From NCBI GenBank assembly GCA_014905635.1, contig JABVCE010000019.1:248001-312000 (forward strand): a stretch of DNA of 64,000 nucleotides, read 5' to 3'. Both the position numbers and the translations under genes were made by a program. The notes under the pieces were generated by a model. It worked only from the letters and a program-made list of their open reading frames with translations, had not been told where the DNA came from and searched no databases. Source of the DNA: Scenedesmus sp. PABB004. Its lineage: Eukaryota. The number at the start of each line of letters is the position of its first letter. Positions within the stretch are counted from its first letter, which is position 1. Positions 33,726-45,679 of this stretch are shown piece after piece.

Positions 33726-35261
33726 CGGGCGGCGGCGCGGGCCCTGCGCCCGTGGCAGCCAGTGCCGGTGCCGGCGCCGAGGCGGGGCGGCTGGCGCGCA
33801 CGCGCAGCGGCAGCGGCGACGGCGGCGCGGCGGCGAGCGGCAGCCCCACACCGCCGCGGCGCGCGGCCGGCGGCGGCGCTGACGGCGCCCCGCCCCTGAC
33901 CGCGGCGGCGGGCGCCGGGGCCGCGAGCGTCGCCGCGAGCGGCTGGCTGTCGCGCCCCGGCGAGGCGGCGGCCGCCGCCGGCGGCCTGGGCGGCGGCGCC
34001 GACCTGGCGAGCAACCTGGCGCTGGAGAATGCGCGGCTGCGGGCGGAGCTCGCCGCGATGCTCGCACACGCGGCCGCCAGCGAGCTGGGCGAGGGTGGCG
34101 GCGGCGCACCGCTCGGCGGCGGCCCGTCGCAGCTGGCCGCGTCGCACTTGGCGGCTGGCGCCGGCGCCGTCGCGAGCATCAGCCTCGCCGCGTCTGCCGC
34201 GGGCGCGGCGGTGCCGGGGGTGCCGGCGAGCGTTGCGGCGCCGCTGCCGAGCGTCGCGGCGGCGCTCGCCGGGCTGGAGCGCGCGAGCGCGGAGGGCGAG
34301 GCCGCGGCGGCGGCGCGGCGCGCTCTCGCGCTGGAGCCCGTGCAGGCGGCGCTGGCGGCAAAGGACGAGCTTGCCGCCGCGCTGACGGCGCGCTGCGACG
34401 CGCTCGCGGCCGACGTGGCGAGCTACGAGTCGCGCATTGCTGCACTCGAGGCCCAGCTCGCGGCGCGCTGCGGCGCGGGCGGCGCCGGCGGCGCCCCGGC
34501 GCCCGCGGCGGGCGACGACGCGGCGCGGCAGGAGCCCGGGCCCGCGGCAGGCGCCCCCGCGGCGGGCGGCGGCGCCAGCCCCGCCCGCACGGGCGCCGAC
34601 GGCCCCCTCGCGCAGTCGGTGGCGCCCGTTTTTGTGCTGGACGCCACACGGGCCGCCAGCTTCTTCGCGGCCCCAGCGCCGCCCGCGCTGTCCGCCGGCT
34701 CGCCGACCAAGGCGGGCGGCGGCGACGCGCAGGAGCCGGCCGCAGCGACGGGCGGCGACGCGCCTGCGCTGCAAGCGCCGCCGGCCGGCCCCAGCGCCGG
34801 CGGCGGCCTGGCTGAGCAGGGGCAGCAGATGCAGGCGCAAGAGCAGCTTGGCGGCGGCGGGGACGGCAGCGGTGAGCGCACGCCACCCTCAGTGGCGGAC
34901 GCCGCTCCTGCTGAGCCCGCCGCCGCCGCCAAGCCCGCGCCGCCCGCCGAGGCGACAGCGGCGCCGCTGTCGGCGAGCGCGCCAGACCTGCGCAGCGCCA
35001 GCGACGACGGGGGCGCGGCGGGCTCTGGGGGCGCGCCGCCCCCGGCCTCTGCCGCGCGCCACTCGTGCGACGGCGGCGGCAGCACCGGCGGCGGCGGGCG
35101 GCGGCAGCGCCGGCGGCGGCATCTCAGGGCTGCTGACCAGCAGCGTGCAGCGCCTGTTCCACCGCAGCGGCAGCGGTGGCAGCGGCAGCGGCGGCGCGTC
35201 GCCCGGCGCGGCGTCGCCGCCTGCCAGCCCCGCGGCGGCGCAGCCGGCCGGCGGCGGCTGA
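30374..35261 (+). CDS. ATG11: ATG11-like autophagy protein (ubiquitin-like N-terminus + ATG17-like domain + coiled coil); 3' end uncertain (frameshift ~35095)
   Basis: LVAHDGRTLQLDV...DQIVMCAGARLDPSKQLAAYKLP, VFLYHKAFL, HPL...LIRALPDYEAQF, LMSEQEVQARA, LPAAYRLALAECARR match plant/algal ATG11 N-terminal motifs. Confidence 0.8.
30507..30575. repeat. 21-bp tandem repeat (x3) in ATG11 intron 1
   Basis: GGATGCCCGCGGAGCAGCCTG repeated three times. Confidence 0.95.
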
Positions 35262-35574
35262 CGCCGGGGCGCCCGGGTTGACCTCTGAGCGTCACGCGTG
35301 CGTGTGTACAGCGGCGCCGCGCGTGTGTATTCTAGTGTACTCTCATCACTCATGTTGCGTCTGCTGCGTGGGGTCTGCGCTGGTGCGGCGGCAACCAACG
35401 GCGGCCGCAGACCCCTGCGCCGCCGCTCCCGAGCCCCGCGTCTCTGGCGGTCCCCTTCCGCGGGCGCGTCCCCCATCGCCTCCCCTTTCGCCTCCCCGTT
35501 CGGCCGGCCGATCAGCGTGCAGGACCGCCACCAACAGCGGCAGCAGCGGCGCTCGCACATCTGCTGCAGCGGCC

Positions 35575-36740
35575 ATGGCGTCCCGCCTGCTCCTTGCGCT
35601 CGCCCGGCGGGCGCAGCCGTCCGCCCAGCAGCTCCTTCCCGCCCTGGCGGCGGCGCAGGCCGCGCCGGCGGGCGCATGGGCGGCGGCGGCCGGCGCCGTG
35701 CGGCTGCTGCAGCAGCCGGCGCGCGGGTTTGCGGCTGCTGCCGCGCCGGGCGGCCCCTCCCTGGCGGCGGTGCTGGCCAAGGAGATCAAGCACGAGGCGA
35801 CGGTGTACGAGCAGGACCCGATGGTCAAGGCGGGGCCGCCCGCGCCGTTTGTGCTGAGCGCGACGCCGGGCGACACGGCCGTGAGCCTCACGCGTGACTT
35901 TGGGGGCGAGACGGTCTCGGTCGACTGCAGCGTCAACATGCAGGCGCGCCCCTGAGGGCAGGGGGGGAGGAGGCGCGGCACCGGGTCGGCGCGGCGTTGG
36001 CGCGGCGCGGCGCGGCGCGGCGCGGGAGGCGGCGGCGGCGGCGCGCCGACGCGCGAGTGCGCGCCGCGCCGCGCCCCGCGCAGGAGGGCCTCGCGCTGCC
36101 GCTGGGCGACGACGACGACGACGACTTTGGCGAGGGCGAGGGCGACGAGGCGGCGCTGGACGGCGGCGACGCGGACGCGGCCGACGTGGCGTTCAATGTC
36201 ACGGTCACGCGCGGCGACGCGGCGCTCGTGTTCGAGTGCATCAGCGACGGCACCTACGTGGACATCCGGTGTGCGCCGCCGCAGCGGCAGCTGGCGCGGC
36301 GGCAGGCCGGCGCGGACGCGCGCGCGCGCGCGCGCCGCCGACCCCGGGCCGCTCGCGCGCACTCGCCGGCGCGCCCGCGCGGCGCAGGCATGTGTCGCTC
36401 GAGCCGGCGGGCGGGCTGGAGAGCGAGACCGCGTTCACGGGGCCGGTCTTTGGCGAGCTGGACGACGAGCTGCAGGCCGCGTTCCGGCAGTACCTGCAGG
36501 CGCGGCGGCGGCCGCGCTGCCCCGCGCGGCACGCTCACGCACGCTCCCGCGCGCCTCGCCCCCCCCTCCCCCCCCCCCCCCGCCGCTCCAGCGCCCACGC
36601 GCCGCCCGCTCGCGCCCCGCTGCTGCCAGGAGCGCGGCGTGACGGAGGACCTGGGCGAGTACCTGCGCCACCTGATGTATGACAAGGAGCAGCAGGAGTA
36701 CGTGGCCTGGCTGCGCGGCGTCGCCGCGTTCGTGGCGTGA
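35575..36740 (+). CDS. Mitochondrial acidic glycoprotein (MAM33/p32 family), 4 exons
   Basis: Presequence ending RGFAA; LAKEIKHE; LVFEC; FTGPVFGELDDELQAAFRQYLQ|ERGVTEDLGEYL..KEQQEYVAWL. Confidence 0.92.
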
Positions 36741-38250
36741 GCGCGCGCACGCCAGGCGTCGGCGGCGGCGGGCAGGGGGCGCGCGGTGCTGCAGGCGCAC
36801 GGTTGGGCGCGCCGCGGGGCGGCGGCGGCGGACGCGGCGACCCGGGCGGCCACGGCTGTCGGTGGCGGCGGGCAGGGCGCGCGCTGCGGCTGCACCAGCG
36901 CGTCCGGCCGGTGCGCAGGGGCTGCGCCTCGCCTGCACACGCGCGTTGGATGTGCCGGGCTGCCCGAGTGGCGCACGAGTGCTGAGTTACTTACCGAGTG
37001 TGTCTCCACGGCATGCGCCCCACGCCGCACCCGCGACTCGAGCAGCCACGCGCTGCTGCCGGCAGGGATTCCCGAGAGCACCGCCCCCCCTCCGCATCAG
37101 CACAGCGGCGCGCCACGCCGTTTGGCGCCAGTTTATGCCCCAGCCGGCGCTCCAAGGCTGCAGCTTCCACCCGCTAGCAGCCCAACCGCAGGTTGCGTTG
37201 GAGTGTTCTGGGGCCGCCGGTCACCCGCCCCGGGGACAAGAGCACACGACCGTCCGTCGGAGTCGCGCGCGCGCGCGTGCGCCGTCACGCGCTGAGCCTG
37301 TCATGCAGCACACATGCGTGCGTTGCGCTGTGAAGAGAGCGAGAAGCTTGCCAACCGGCGAGGCACGGGAGGCGCGTGCGGCGCCGCGCGCGCGCGTATG
37401 GCGTTGAGGTTGTGCGAGGCCGAGGCAGAGCTCACAGATATCAAGGGCTGGGGCGCGCCCAGACCCTCCATGTTGGAACAGTCTCCCCCCGTGGTTTTAT
37501 GCAGCAGGACGCCAGCCACCGCGCCCCACGTGCAGCCGCCTCATGCAGCTGCGGCGCCCGCCAGTCTGGCCGCCGCCCCATGCCGCATGGGCGCCGCAGT
37601 GGCCCAGCCGGCACCCCCCTCCCTCCGGCAGCGCCCCCGGTGGTCGAGGCCTTACATGCAAGAAGGCGCGATCCCGCCCTTGATTTGGTGTAGGTGTGAC
37701 AGCAGGAAGCCCTGGCGCATGGGCTGGAGTGTGCCGGCCCGCAGGTTGGGTTGTGGGGCCGCCGCTGGCCGACACGCTGGCAAGGCAGAAGAAGAACGCA
37801 CGACCGCCCCTGAGGCTCAGCCGTGCACGCGCTGAGTGGGTTATGCAGCACGCACGCGTTGCGTGGTGGGGTAAAGAGAGAGCACAAGCAGGCGAGACAA
37901 GCAAGTGATGCGGCGTTGGCGTGTGGCGAGGCGAGGAAGCAACAAAAAGGCGAAGCCCCCCCCCCCCATTCCCTCCCTTTGGGATGGTTGGGGCAGCAGC
38001 AGCACACCTGCTGCCACGCCCCCCCCCCCCCCCCCCGCGCGTGCCGCCGCCGCCGTACGCAGCGCAACTAGAGCCGAGCCCAGCCACCCGTGCAGCGGCG
38101 GGCCGCGGCAGCGCGTGACCAGTGTGGCGGCCGCCCGATGCCCACAGCGCCCCGGGGATGTGCCCCAACGCGTGCCGCCGCCGCTGGGCTCAGCGATGGC
38201 CTGGGGTCCAGGGTCCGAGGCCCTGGACAGCGCCCGGCCGCGCGGCGGCA

Positions 38251-39345
38251 TCAGCCACCCAGGCCGCGCGCCACGGGCACGGCGACAGCCTTGTCGGTGT
38301 TGGTGCCGCCGCCCAGCTGACCATAGTTGTTGTATCCCCAGCACGCCAACGCGCCGGTTTCGAGCAGCGCGCACGTCGTGAAGTGCGCTCCACGCACGGT
38401 GCGCACGCCGGCCAGGCGCGGAGGCGCGGCGCTGGCCGGGTTGGACAGCAGCACAAACGACGACGGAACCAGCGTGCCAGCGTTGCCCGCACCCATGGCA
38501 GAGTTGTCGCCGAGCTGGCTGGTGTAAACGATGGAGGATGAGAGGCTTTGCAGATTCGCCGCGCCCCAGCGCTACACCTCGCCGCCGGCCACCACCGCAC
38601 ACGAGTGAAAGCCGGCCAGGCCTAGGCTGGACACGCCGGTCAGAGCGGTGCCGCCAGAGGTCACGACCGTCACGGGTGATGTGCTACTGACGATGCCGTT
38701 GTTGCCCAGCTGACCCTGAATGCCAGAGCCCCAGCACTGCGTCGAGTTGTCGGCCGCCATAACCACGCAGCAGTGGTCGGGGCCGCACGCTGCGTCCCGC
38801 GTGCCGGCAATGACGGCAGGACGCGGCCCCCAACACTGCGTGGTGCCGTTGGCCAGCAGCGCGCACGTGGTGGTGCCCCCACCGCCGGCGATGCTCGTCA
38901 CGTTGCCTGTCACAGCTGTGACCACGACCGGGGTGTTGCTGTCGGTTGTCGTGCCGTCGCCCAGCCGGCCCTGAGTGCCAGCATTGAAGCCCCAGCAGCG
39001 CATTGTGGTGTCGTTGAGCAGCGCGCAGGTGTGCGAGACGCCGCAGGCGAGGTCGACCACGCCGGTCAGGGTGCCGCCGCTCGCGTCGCGCCACACGGTC
39101 ACAGGGATCGCAGCGTCTTGGGTGCTGTTGACGCCCAGCTGCCCAGATGACCCGTACCCCCAGCACCGCGCGGTGCCGTCCAACATCACTGCGCAGGTGT
39201 GCAACCAACCTCCGCGCACAACTTGCGCATGCCGGTGAGCAGCCTGCCGTCCACGTCGATCACAGTGACGGGGACTTTGCTGCCAGCCAGAGCTGTGGAG
39301 TTGATGCCCAGCTGGACGACGCGCCACGCCCTACGAACGGCTGCA
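38251..39345 (-). pseudogene. Intronless RCC1/BLIP-II repeat fragment with in-frame stop and frameshift
   Basis: Repeats such as GWLHTCAVMLDGTARCWGYGSSGQLG and GVSHTCALLNDTTMRCWG; in-frame TAG at 38572-38574 with the same frame continuing to 38251; frame change at ~39215. Confidence 0.8.
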
Positions 39346-40087
39346 GCGGCGGTTGGACCACGGAAGGTTGTTTCACAAGGGCCGACTGCCCGCCTCAGCG
39401 CTGCCACCGGCGACCGTCAGGTCTCCCTCACAATGCAGGCCCTGCGCTCACTGCCGCCGCCGCCGCCGCCGCGGCCGCCGCCGCTCACTGCGCGCCGCCG
39501 CCGCCGCCGCCGCGTCTGTGAGGCCGGGCAGCTTCTTGTAGCACTTGATCTTCGCTGAACGTCAAGCCGCCCTTGCCCGGCCGCCCGCTGCGGCAGACGG
39601 GCGGCGGCGCACGTGAGTGAGCGGCGCGGGCAGAGGCTGCAGCACGCGCAGCACGCGCACATGCCGCCAGCCCGCGCGATGCACCGATGGCCGCCGCTCA
39701 CCGAGACTCTCGCCCGTGAGCACTCGCGCGCGGCGCGGGCGCGGGGCAGCTCGCGGCTGGCTGGCCGCCCGCGCCGGGCGCGATCGCGCCGTGCAGAGAG
39801 GCGCGCACTGCATGGCAGCGTGCCGCCACCGCCGCTGCCCTGGCTGCCCTGCATCGTCTTACCGCCCGCGGCCGCCTCGAGGGTCAGCTGCCGCCGCCGC
39901 CGCCGCCGCCGGGCCCAGGGCGGAGAGGGTCCGGAACCCGCGCGCGCCGCTCAAAAGCCGCCGCCGCCGGCTCGGTCGTCGTCGCCACCGCGCCGACAGC
40001 TCGCCCTCCGACCCGCGCCGTGCGTTTACCGCCACCCCGCGCCCTCCCTTCCACGCGCGCTCGCGCCGTGAGCAGCAGCAGCAACCG

Positions 40088-43000
40088 ATGGCAGACGCGC
40101 AGGAGCTCGGCAGCATGCCGCAGGACATGGACGCGGACATGGACGCGGAGTATGACTTTGAGGACAAGGAGGGCGTGCCCAAGGACCTCAGCGTGAGCGG
40201 ACCGCGCGGGAGCGGACCGCGCGGGAGATGCTTCGAGAATCGGTCGCGGCCAGCAGCCCACGCCGGCGTGATCGTGATCGCCGCGCGCCCGTGTGAAGCG
40301 CCGCCGTGGCAGCGTCCTGCCGCCGCAGCCTGCCGGGCCAGCGCCGCCACGCGGGCGCCCGCCAGCGCTGCACCGACGCCGCAGCGCGCCGGCTCAGTCG
40401 CAGCGGCCGCCGCCGGCCGCGTGCAGGGCGACGGCGGCTGCGTCAAGACCATCACGCGCAAGGGCGAGGGCTGGGAGACGCCGGAGACGGGCGATGAGGT
40501 GTCGGGTGCGCGCGGGGGGGGGGGGGGGGGGCTGGTGCCGGCTCGCCGGCGGTCACCGCAGCCGCGCCCGCGGCGAAACGTCGCGCGCCCGCCGCCGCCG
40601 CCGCGCGGCGTCACACTACGGCGGCCTCACCACAACTGCCGGCCGCCGCGGCGCAGTGCACTACGTGGGCACGCTGCTCGACGGCACTAAGTTTGACTCG
40701 AGCCGCGACCGCGGCGAGCCCTTCACGTTCACGCTCGGCCAGGGTGCGCCCACCGCGCGGGGCTGGCCGGCCTGCGGGGCCGCGGCGGGGCCGCAGCGGG
40801 GCAGGGCGGCGGCAGGAAGGCGGCAGCGGAGAGCGGCAGCGGCGTGAGAGCGCTCACGCCCCGCCGCGCTGCCGTCCCGCGCGCCGCGCACCGCGGGGGA
40901 CCCCCGAAAGGGCGTGTCATCAAGGGATGGGACAGGGGCGTGGCCACCATGAAGCGCGGCGAGCTCGCCACGCTCGAGTGCAGGGCGGACTATGCGTACG
41001 GGGCGGCGGGCTCGCCGCCGACCATCCCGCCCGATGCGACGCTGCGCTTCGAGGTGGAGCTGCTGAGCTGGAAGTCGGTCAAGGACCTCAGCGGTGCGCA
41101 GCGGGGAGGCAGCGCAGCGCGCCGCGTGCCCAGGGCTTTGGCGGCGCTGCCCCCCCCCCCCCCCCCCCCCCGGGGCTCGGGGCCGCAGCACAGACTCGGG
41201 GAACTGATGAGAGGCGCGCCGACCTGCGGCCGCCCGGCGCGCCCGCGGCGCCCGTGCAGGGGACGGGGGCGTGATCAAAACGGTCGTGTCGGAGGGCCAG
41301 GGCTGGCAGAGCCCCAAGGACGCCGACGAGGTGCGGCGGGCGGCACGCTGCCGCTGCGACCCCGTGCAGCTCGCGGGCGCCACTGCGAGCGACGCGTGCG
41401 TGCGAGCCCCGATGTCCGCCTGCGCCGCGCTGCCGCCGCCGCCGTCGCCGCGTCCAGGTGGTGGTCACGTACACGGCGCGCCTGCGCCCCGCGGCGGCCG
41501 ACGGCGGGGGCAAGCGCCGCACCGCGGCCGAGGCGGGCGCGCCCGTGCTCGCGGCGTCGCCCGACGGCGGCGCCACGTTTGAGCTCGGGTCCGCGCCGTG
41601 CAGCGGCCTGGCCGTGGCACTTAAGGCCATGAAGCCCCAGGAGGCGGCGCTCGTCCTGCTCAGCCCCGAATGTGCGTCCGCGCTGCCGCCGGGCGCCGCC
41701 GCGGGGGCCGTCGCGCCGCGCCGCTGCCGGGGCCGCCGCGGGGTCCTGGCACCATGGGGGTGCTGACGCCGCCACGGACCGCGCCGCAGACGCGGCGGGG
41801 CTGGCGGAGGTGCCGCAGGGGCAGACGCTGGAGGTGGAGGTCAAGCTCGACGCGCTGCACCAGGTGCGCGGCGGCCGCCGCCGCCGCCGCCGCCGCGGCC
41901 GCCGCTGCGCAGCCAGCCCCGGGGGCGCCGCGCCGCGCCGCCGAGCCGCGCGCGGTGGGTCACCCCGCGCCCCCCACCGCGCCAGGTGTCGACCCCCGCG
42001 CCGGGCGTGTCCAAGAAGTGCCTGTCGGTGCCGGAGGGCAACTACATGAAGCCCAACGACGGCAGCAAGGTGCGTTGGTAACACACAAATGACGTCATAC
42101 CAGGAAAAACTGACGAGCACTCGGCCGCGGGGGCACGCGCCGTCCTCACGCGCCGCGGCGCGCCGGGGCGCGCCACGCAGGTGGTGCTGCTGGTGGCGAC
42201 CAAGTCGGCCGACGGCGCGACCGTGTATGAGGCGGAGCGGGAGGTGGAGTTCACGACAGACGAGGAGGCGGTGCGCGGGCGAGGGAGGGGGCCGAGGCGG
42301 GGGCAGAGGCGGGGGCCGAGGCGAGGCGGGCGCGCAGTGCCCCGGGCGGCCGGTGGCGCGCCGCCGACGCCCCGCCGCCGCTGGGGGCCGTGCCCGCGCG
42401 TGCGCGCGCGCAGGTGCCGGAGGGCCTGGAGCTGGCGGTCGGGGACATGCGGGCGGAGGAGGTGGCGGTCGTTACGGTGACAGACGCCACGCTCGTCACG
42501 CCGCCCGAGGGTGGGTGCATGAACGCCCCCGCCGCCGCCGCGGGGGCTTGCCGCCGGTCGCCGCGCGGGCCGCGTGCGCGGCCGCGCGCCCGGGGCCGCC
42601 GTCGGTTCGTTGCCGCGCCTCACGCCGCCCGGCGCTGCGCGTGCGCGCCGCCGGCTGGCCGCAGGCGCAGTCGCGGGCGGCGGCGTGCCGGCCGGCGTGG
42701 GCGCGGTGCGGTACGACGTGACACTCAAGAGCTTCACCAAGGCCAAGGAGAAGTGGGAGATGAACAACGCGGAGAAGGTGCGTGTTATTTTTGTTACTTT
42801 TGGTTGTTATCTTGTCACTTGGTTAGCAGGGAGAGCCCCGGAAGGAGCCGTGCTTCTCGCGCCTGGCCGCGCGCGCGCCGGCCGCCGCCGACCCGCGCGC
42901 CCTTCGCCGCGCGCGCGTGCCCGCAGCTCGCGTCGGCGCTGTCGCGCAAGGGGAAGGGCAACGCGGCGTTCAAGGCGGGCCGGCTCGCGCGCGCGGCGCG

Positions 43001-44007
43001 GCAGTACGCGGCCGCGGTCGAGGCCGCGACGTCCGTGAGCGAGCGCGACCTGGCGCCCAACCCCGCGGCCGACGAGGCCGGCGGTGAGCGCGCCGCGCCG
43101 CGCCCTGCGCCGACGCGAGCCCGCGCGCCGGCGCCGACGCTGCACCGCGCACCGCGGCGCCGCGCCGCGCACGCGCGCCCGCGCTTACGCCCGCCGCCGC
43201 CGATGCCGCTGGCGCAGGCCCCAGCACGGCCAGCCTGCTGAGCGAGGCCAAGGAGGTGAAGAAGGCTGCCGCCAACAACTGGGCGGCGGTCGAGCTCAAG
43301 CGCCGCAACTGGGCCGAGGCCGCGAAGCAGGCTACCAAGGCACGGCGCCTGCTGCTGCCGCGCCGCGCTGCGCCGCGCCGCGGCGGCGCGCGGCGCGCGC
43401 TGTCCTTCCGCCGCGCCGGCCGTGCTGACCGCCCGCCGCGCGCGCGCGTCCGCGTCGTCCGCGCCCGCGCGCGCCTCTGCGCAGGTGCTGGAGCTGGACC
43501 CCTGCAACGTGAAGGCGCTCTACCGCCGTGCCAGCGCGCGCATGGGCCTGTCGGAGCTGCTCGAGGCTGAGCTGGACGTGAAGGCCGGCCTGCTGGTCGA
43601 GCCGGACAGCGCCGACCTCGCGGCCCTGCACCGCCGCCTCAAGTGCGCGCGCGCGGCGGGCGAGCGCGGGCGGGCGGGCACGGGCAGGCGCAGGGCGCCG
43701 CGGGCGGGGCGCGAGGGCCGCGGCGGGCGCGGGCGCGGGGCAGCGCGCGGCGCCAGCGAACCGGCCGCCGGGCGCCGCTGCCGCTCGCAGGGTGGCGCTG
43801 CGTGAGCTCAACAAGAAGGAGGCCAAGCTCTATGGCAAGATGTTTGCAGCGCTCGGAGCGCCGGGCAAGGCCGGCGGCAGCGCCGCGGCGGCTGAGGCCG
43901 ACGCCGCGCCGGCGCCGATGGAAGCGGAGCCGGCCGCGCCCGCGCCCGCGTCCGCGCCCGCGCCCGCGGCGCCCGCGGCGTCGCCGGTGGTGCACGCCGC
44001 CGCGTGA
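40088..44007 (+). CDS. Multi-FKBP + TPR peptidyl-prolyl isomerase (FKBP62/ROF1-like)
   Basis: [108 protein letters not shown]. Confidence 0.95.
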
Positions 44008-44196
44008 GCGCGCGTGCGCGGCGAGGGGCCGGCGGCGGCGGCGACTGGGGCGGCCAAGGCGCTGAAAGTGTGTCGGTGGCGGCTCTGGGGTGGCGGCGGC
44101 GCCGCGCTGTGGTGCACAGGCGTGTTTAGGCAGGCGTGAGGGGGTCGGTGGGCCGCGCGCGCGGTCGTGCGGGCGAGCGAGCGAGGGGCGAGTCCA

Positions 44197-45235
44197 GAGA
44201 GAGGCAGGCGGCGGCGTGGGCGGCTGCGAGGGGCCGGGCGGTGTTGCGGCAACCGGCGCTCTCCCCTTCGGACCTTCGCCCCTTCACCCCACGCACCGCT
44301 CAGCGGTGCGCGCGCGTTGCAGCCGGCGGTCATGACCGCCAATTGATCAGTCTCACAGATGCCGCGCGGCCAGGTCATGGCCTGAATAAGCTTTGATTGG
44401 ATCAATCAAAGTCGCGACAGGGTGCTTTGCCGCTGCCATCAGCAAGACACAGCGCAAGAGATGAAGGCAGTGCTCCAGTTCATCCGGCCGCGAGGGCCGG
44501 GGTGCGTCGCAGCCGCGCCGGCCCGAGCTTAGGCGCCGTTCACAGTGCCGTGGCAAGTGCCGTGCAGCGTGCCCGCGAACAGGACTCCTTTCCCACCCCA
44601 ACTGGCAATGCGCTGGCCCAAGAGAGGACGCACAGTCAGGGGTTCACAGAGTTGTTCACGCGTTGCCGCCCGCGTCGCCGCCGCACTGCGCCGGAACGCG
44701 CGCCGCGGCCGCTGCGCCGGTGTACATGTAGCGAAGCCGCAGGCTTTCGCACGTGAGCGTGGCAGCGCCGCGAACACGCGCGCCGTCGGTGCCCGCGCCC
44801 CGCGCGGCCGTGCTCGTGTCCGACTCGCCGTGGGCGTTGAACGTGACCACGCCCTCCACCCACACGGGCGCGCCCGGCGCCAGCGCGCGCAGCGTGGGGG
44901 CCTTGGCCACGAGGTGGTCCAAGCCGGGGCCCATGGCCACCTTGGCGACGACCGCCGCAGTCACACCGCCGCCCTCGACGGCGTCAAAATGCACCTGCGC
45001 GCGCGGGACGGCCGTGAGCGGGCGCGGGCTCGGGGTGGGCCACAAACCCTCGTCGCCGCCGTCCCCAATCCCCCCCCCCCCCCCCCCCCCCAAACCCCGC
45101 GGCGGCCGCACCTCAAAGCTCTTGTCATGAAGGCTGGCGCCTAGCCGTAGCCGTCCAGCAGCTCCGCCAGCGCCAGCCCAAACGGCATACTGCGCAGGCG
45201 CACCGCGAGGCGCACCGCGAGGCGCCGCTGGCGTT
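44197..45235. repeat. Direct repeat copy A (~1 kb): degenerate copy of the last exons and 3' flank of the RCC1/SH3b-like gene
   Basis: Aligns with ~48961-49985; near-identical over ~44277-44785, more diverged beyond, with an in-frame TAG at ~45141-45143 (- strand). Confidence 0.93.
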
Positions 45236-45679
45236 CAGGGGCACCAAGGGCAGTCGGTCGTGGCGGGGGTCGGCGGCGTCACCACACGGCTTCGCTGCGG
45301 CTGGCGGCGGCGGTGCTGCTCTGAGGCGAGAGCGTTGAGGACCTGGAGGCAGGTGTTTAAGCCGCTCAAGTCGTGTAAAAGGCACTGTGCATGTCGGAAT
45401 CCGCCTCTGCCCGTTTGCTGCGCCGACAAGCGTCCAAGGCATGCGCACGCATGCGCAGGGGCTAAGCACGATGCTGCATTTGGGGTTGCGCTATGCGCAG
45501 AGCTCGCGACTCATGCGCTTCGTGCCCTTCGGGCTGCCGGGTGCGGGCAGGGCCAGCTGTCCGTGGCATTAGCGCCAGCTGTAACACTAGCACGAGTGGT
45601 CGCAGCGCGTTGAGGATCCGCGCATCCAGGATAGCGAGCACCACCGCCGACACCTCCGACACCTTCTCACCGCTGCCTC

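Noticed and set aside
38572..38574. TAG reassignment or read-through in the RCC1 fragment
   Set aside because: The same fragment also has frameshifts, and no intact gene here needs an internal TAG
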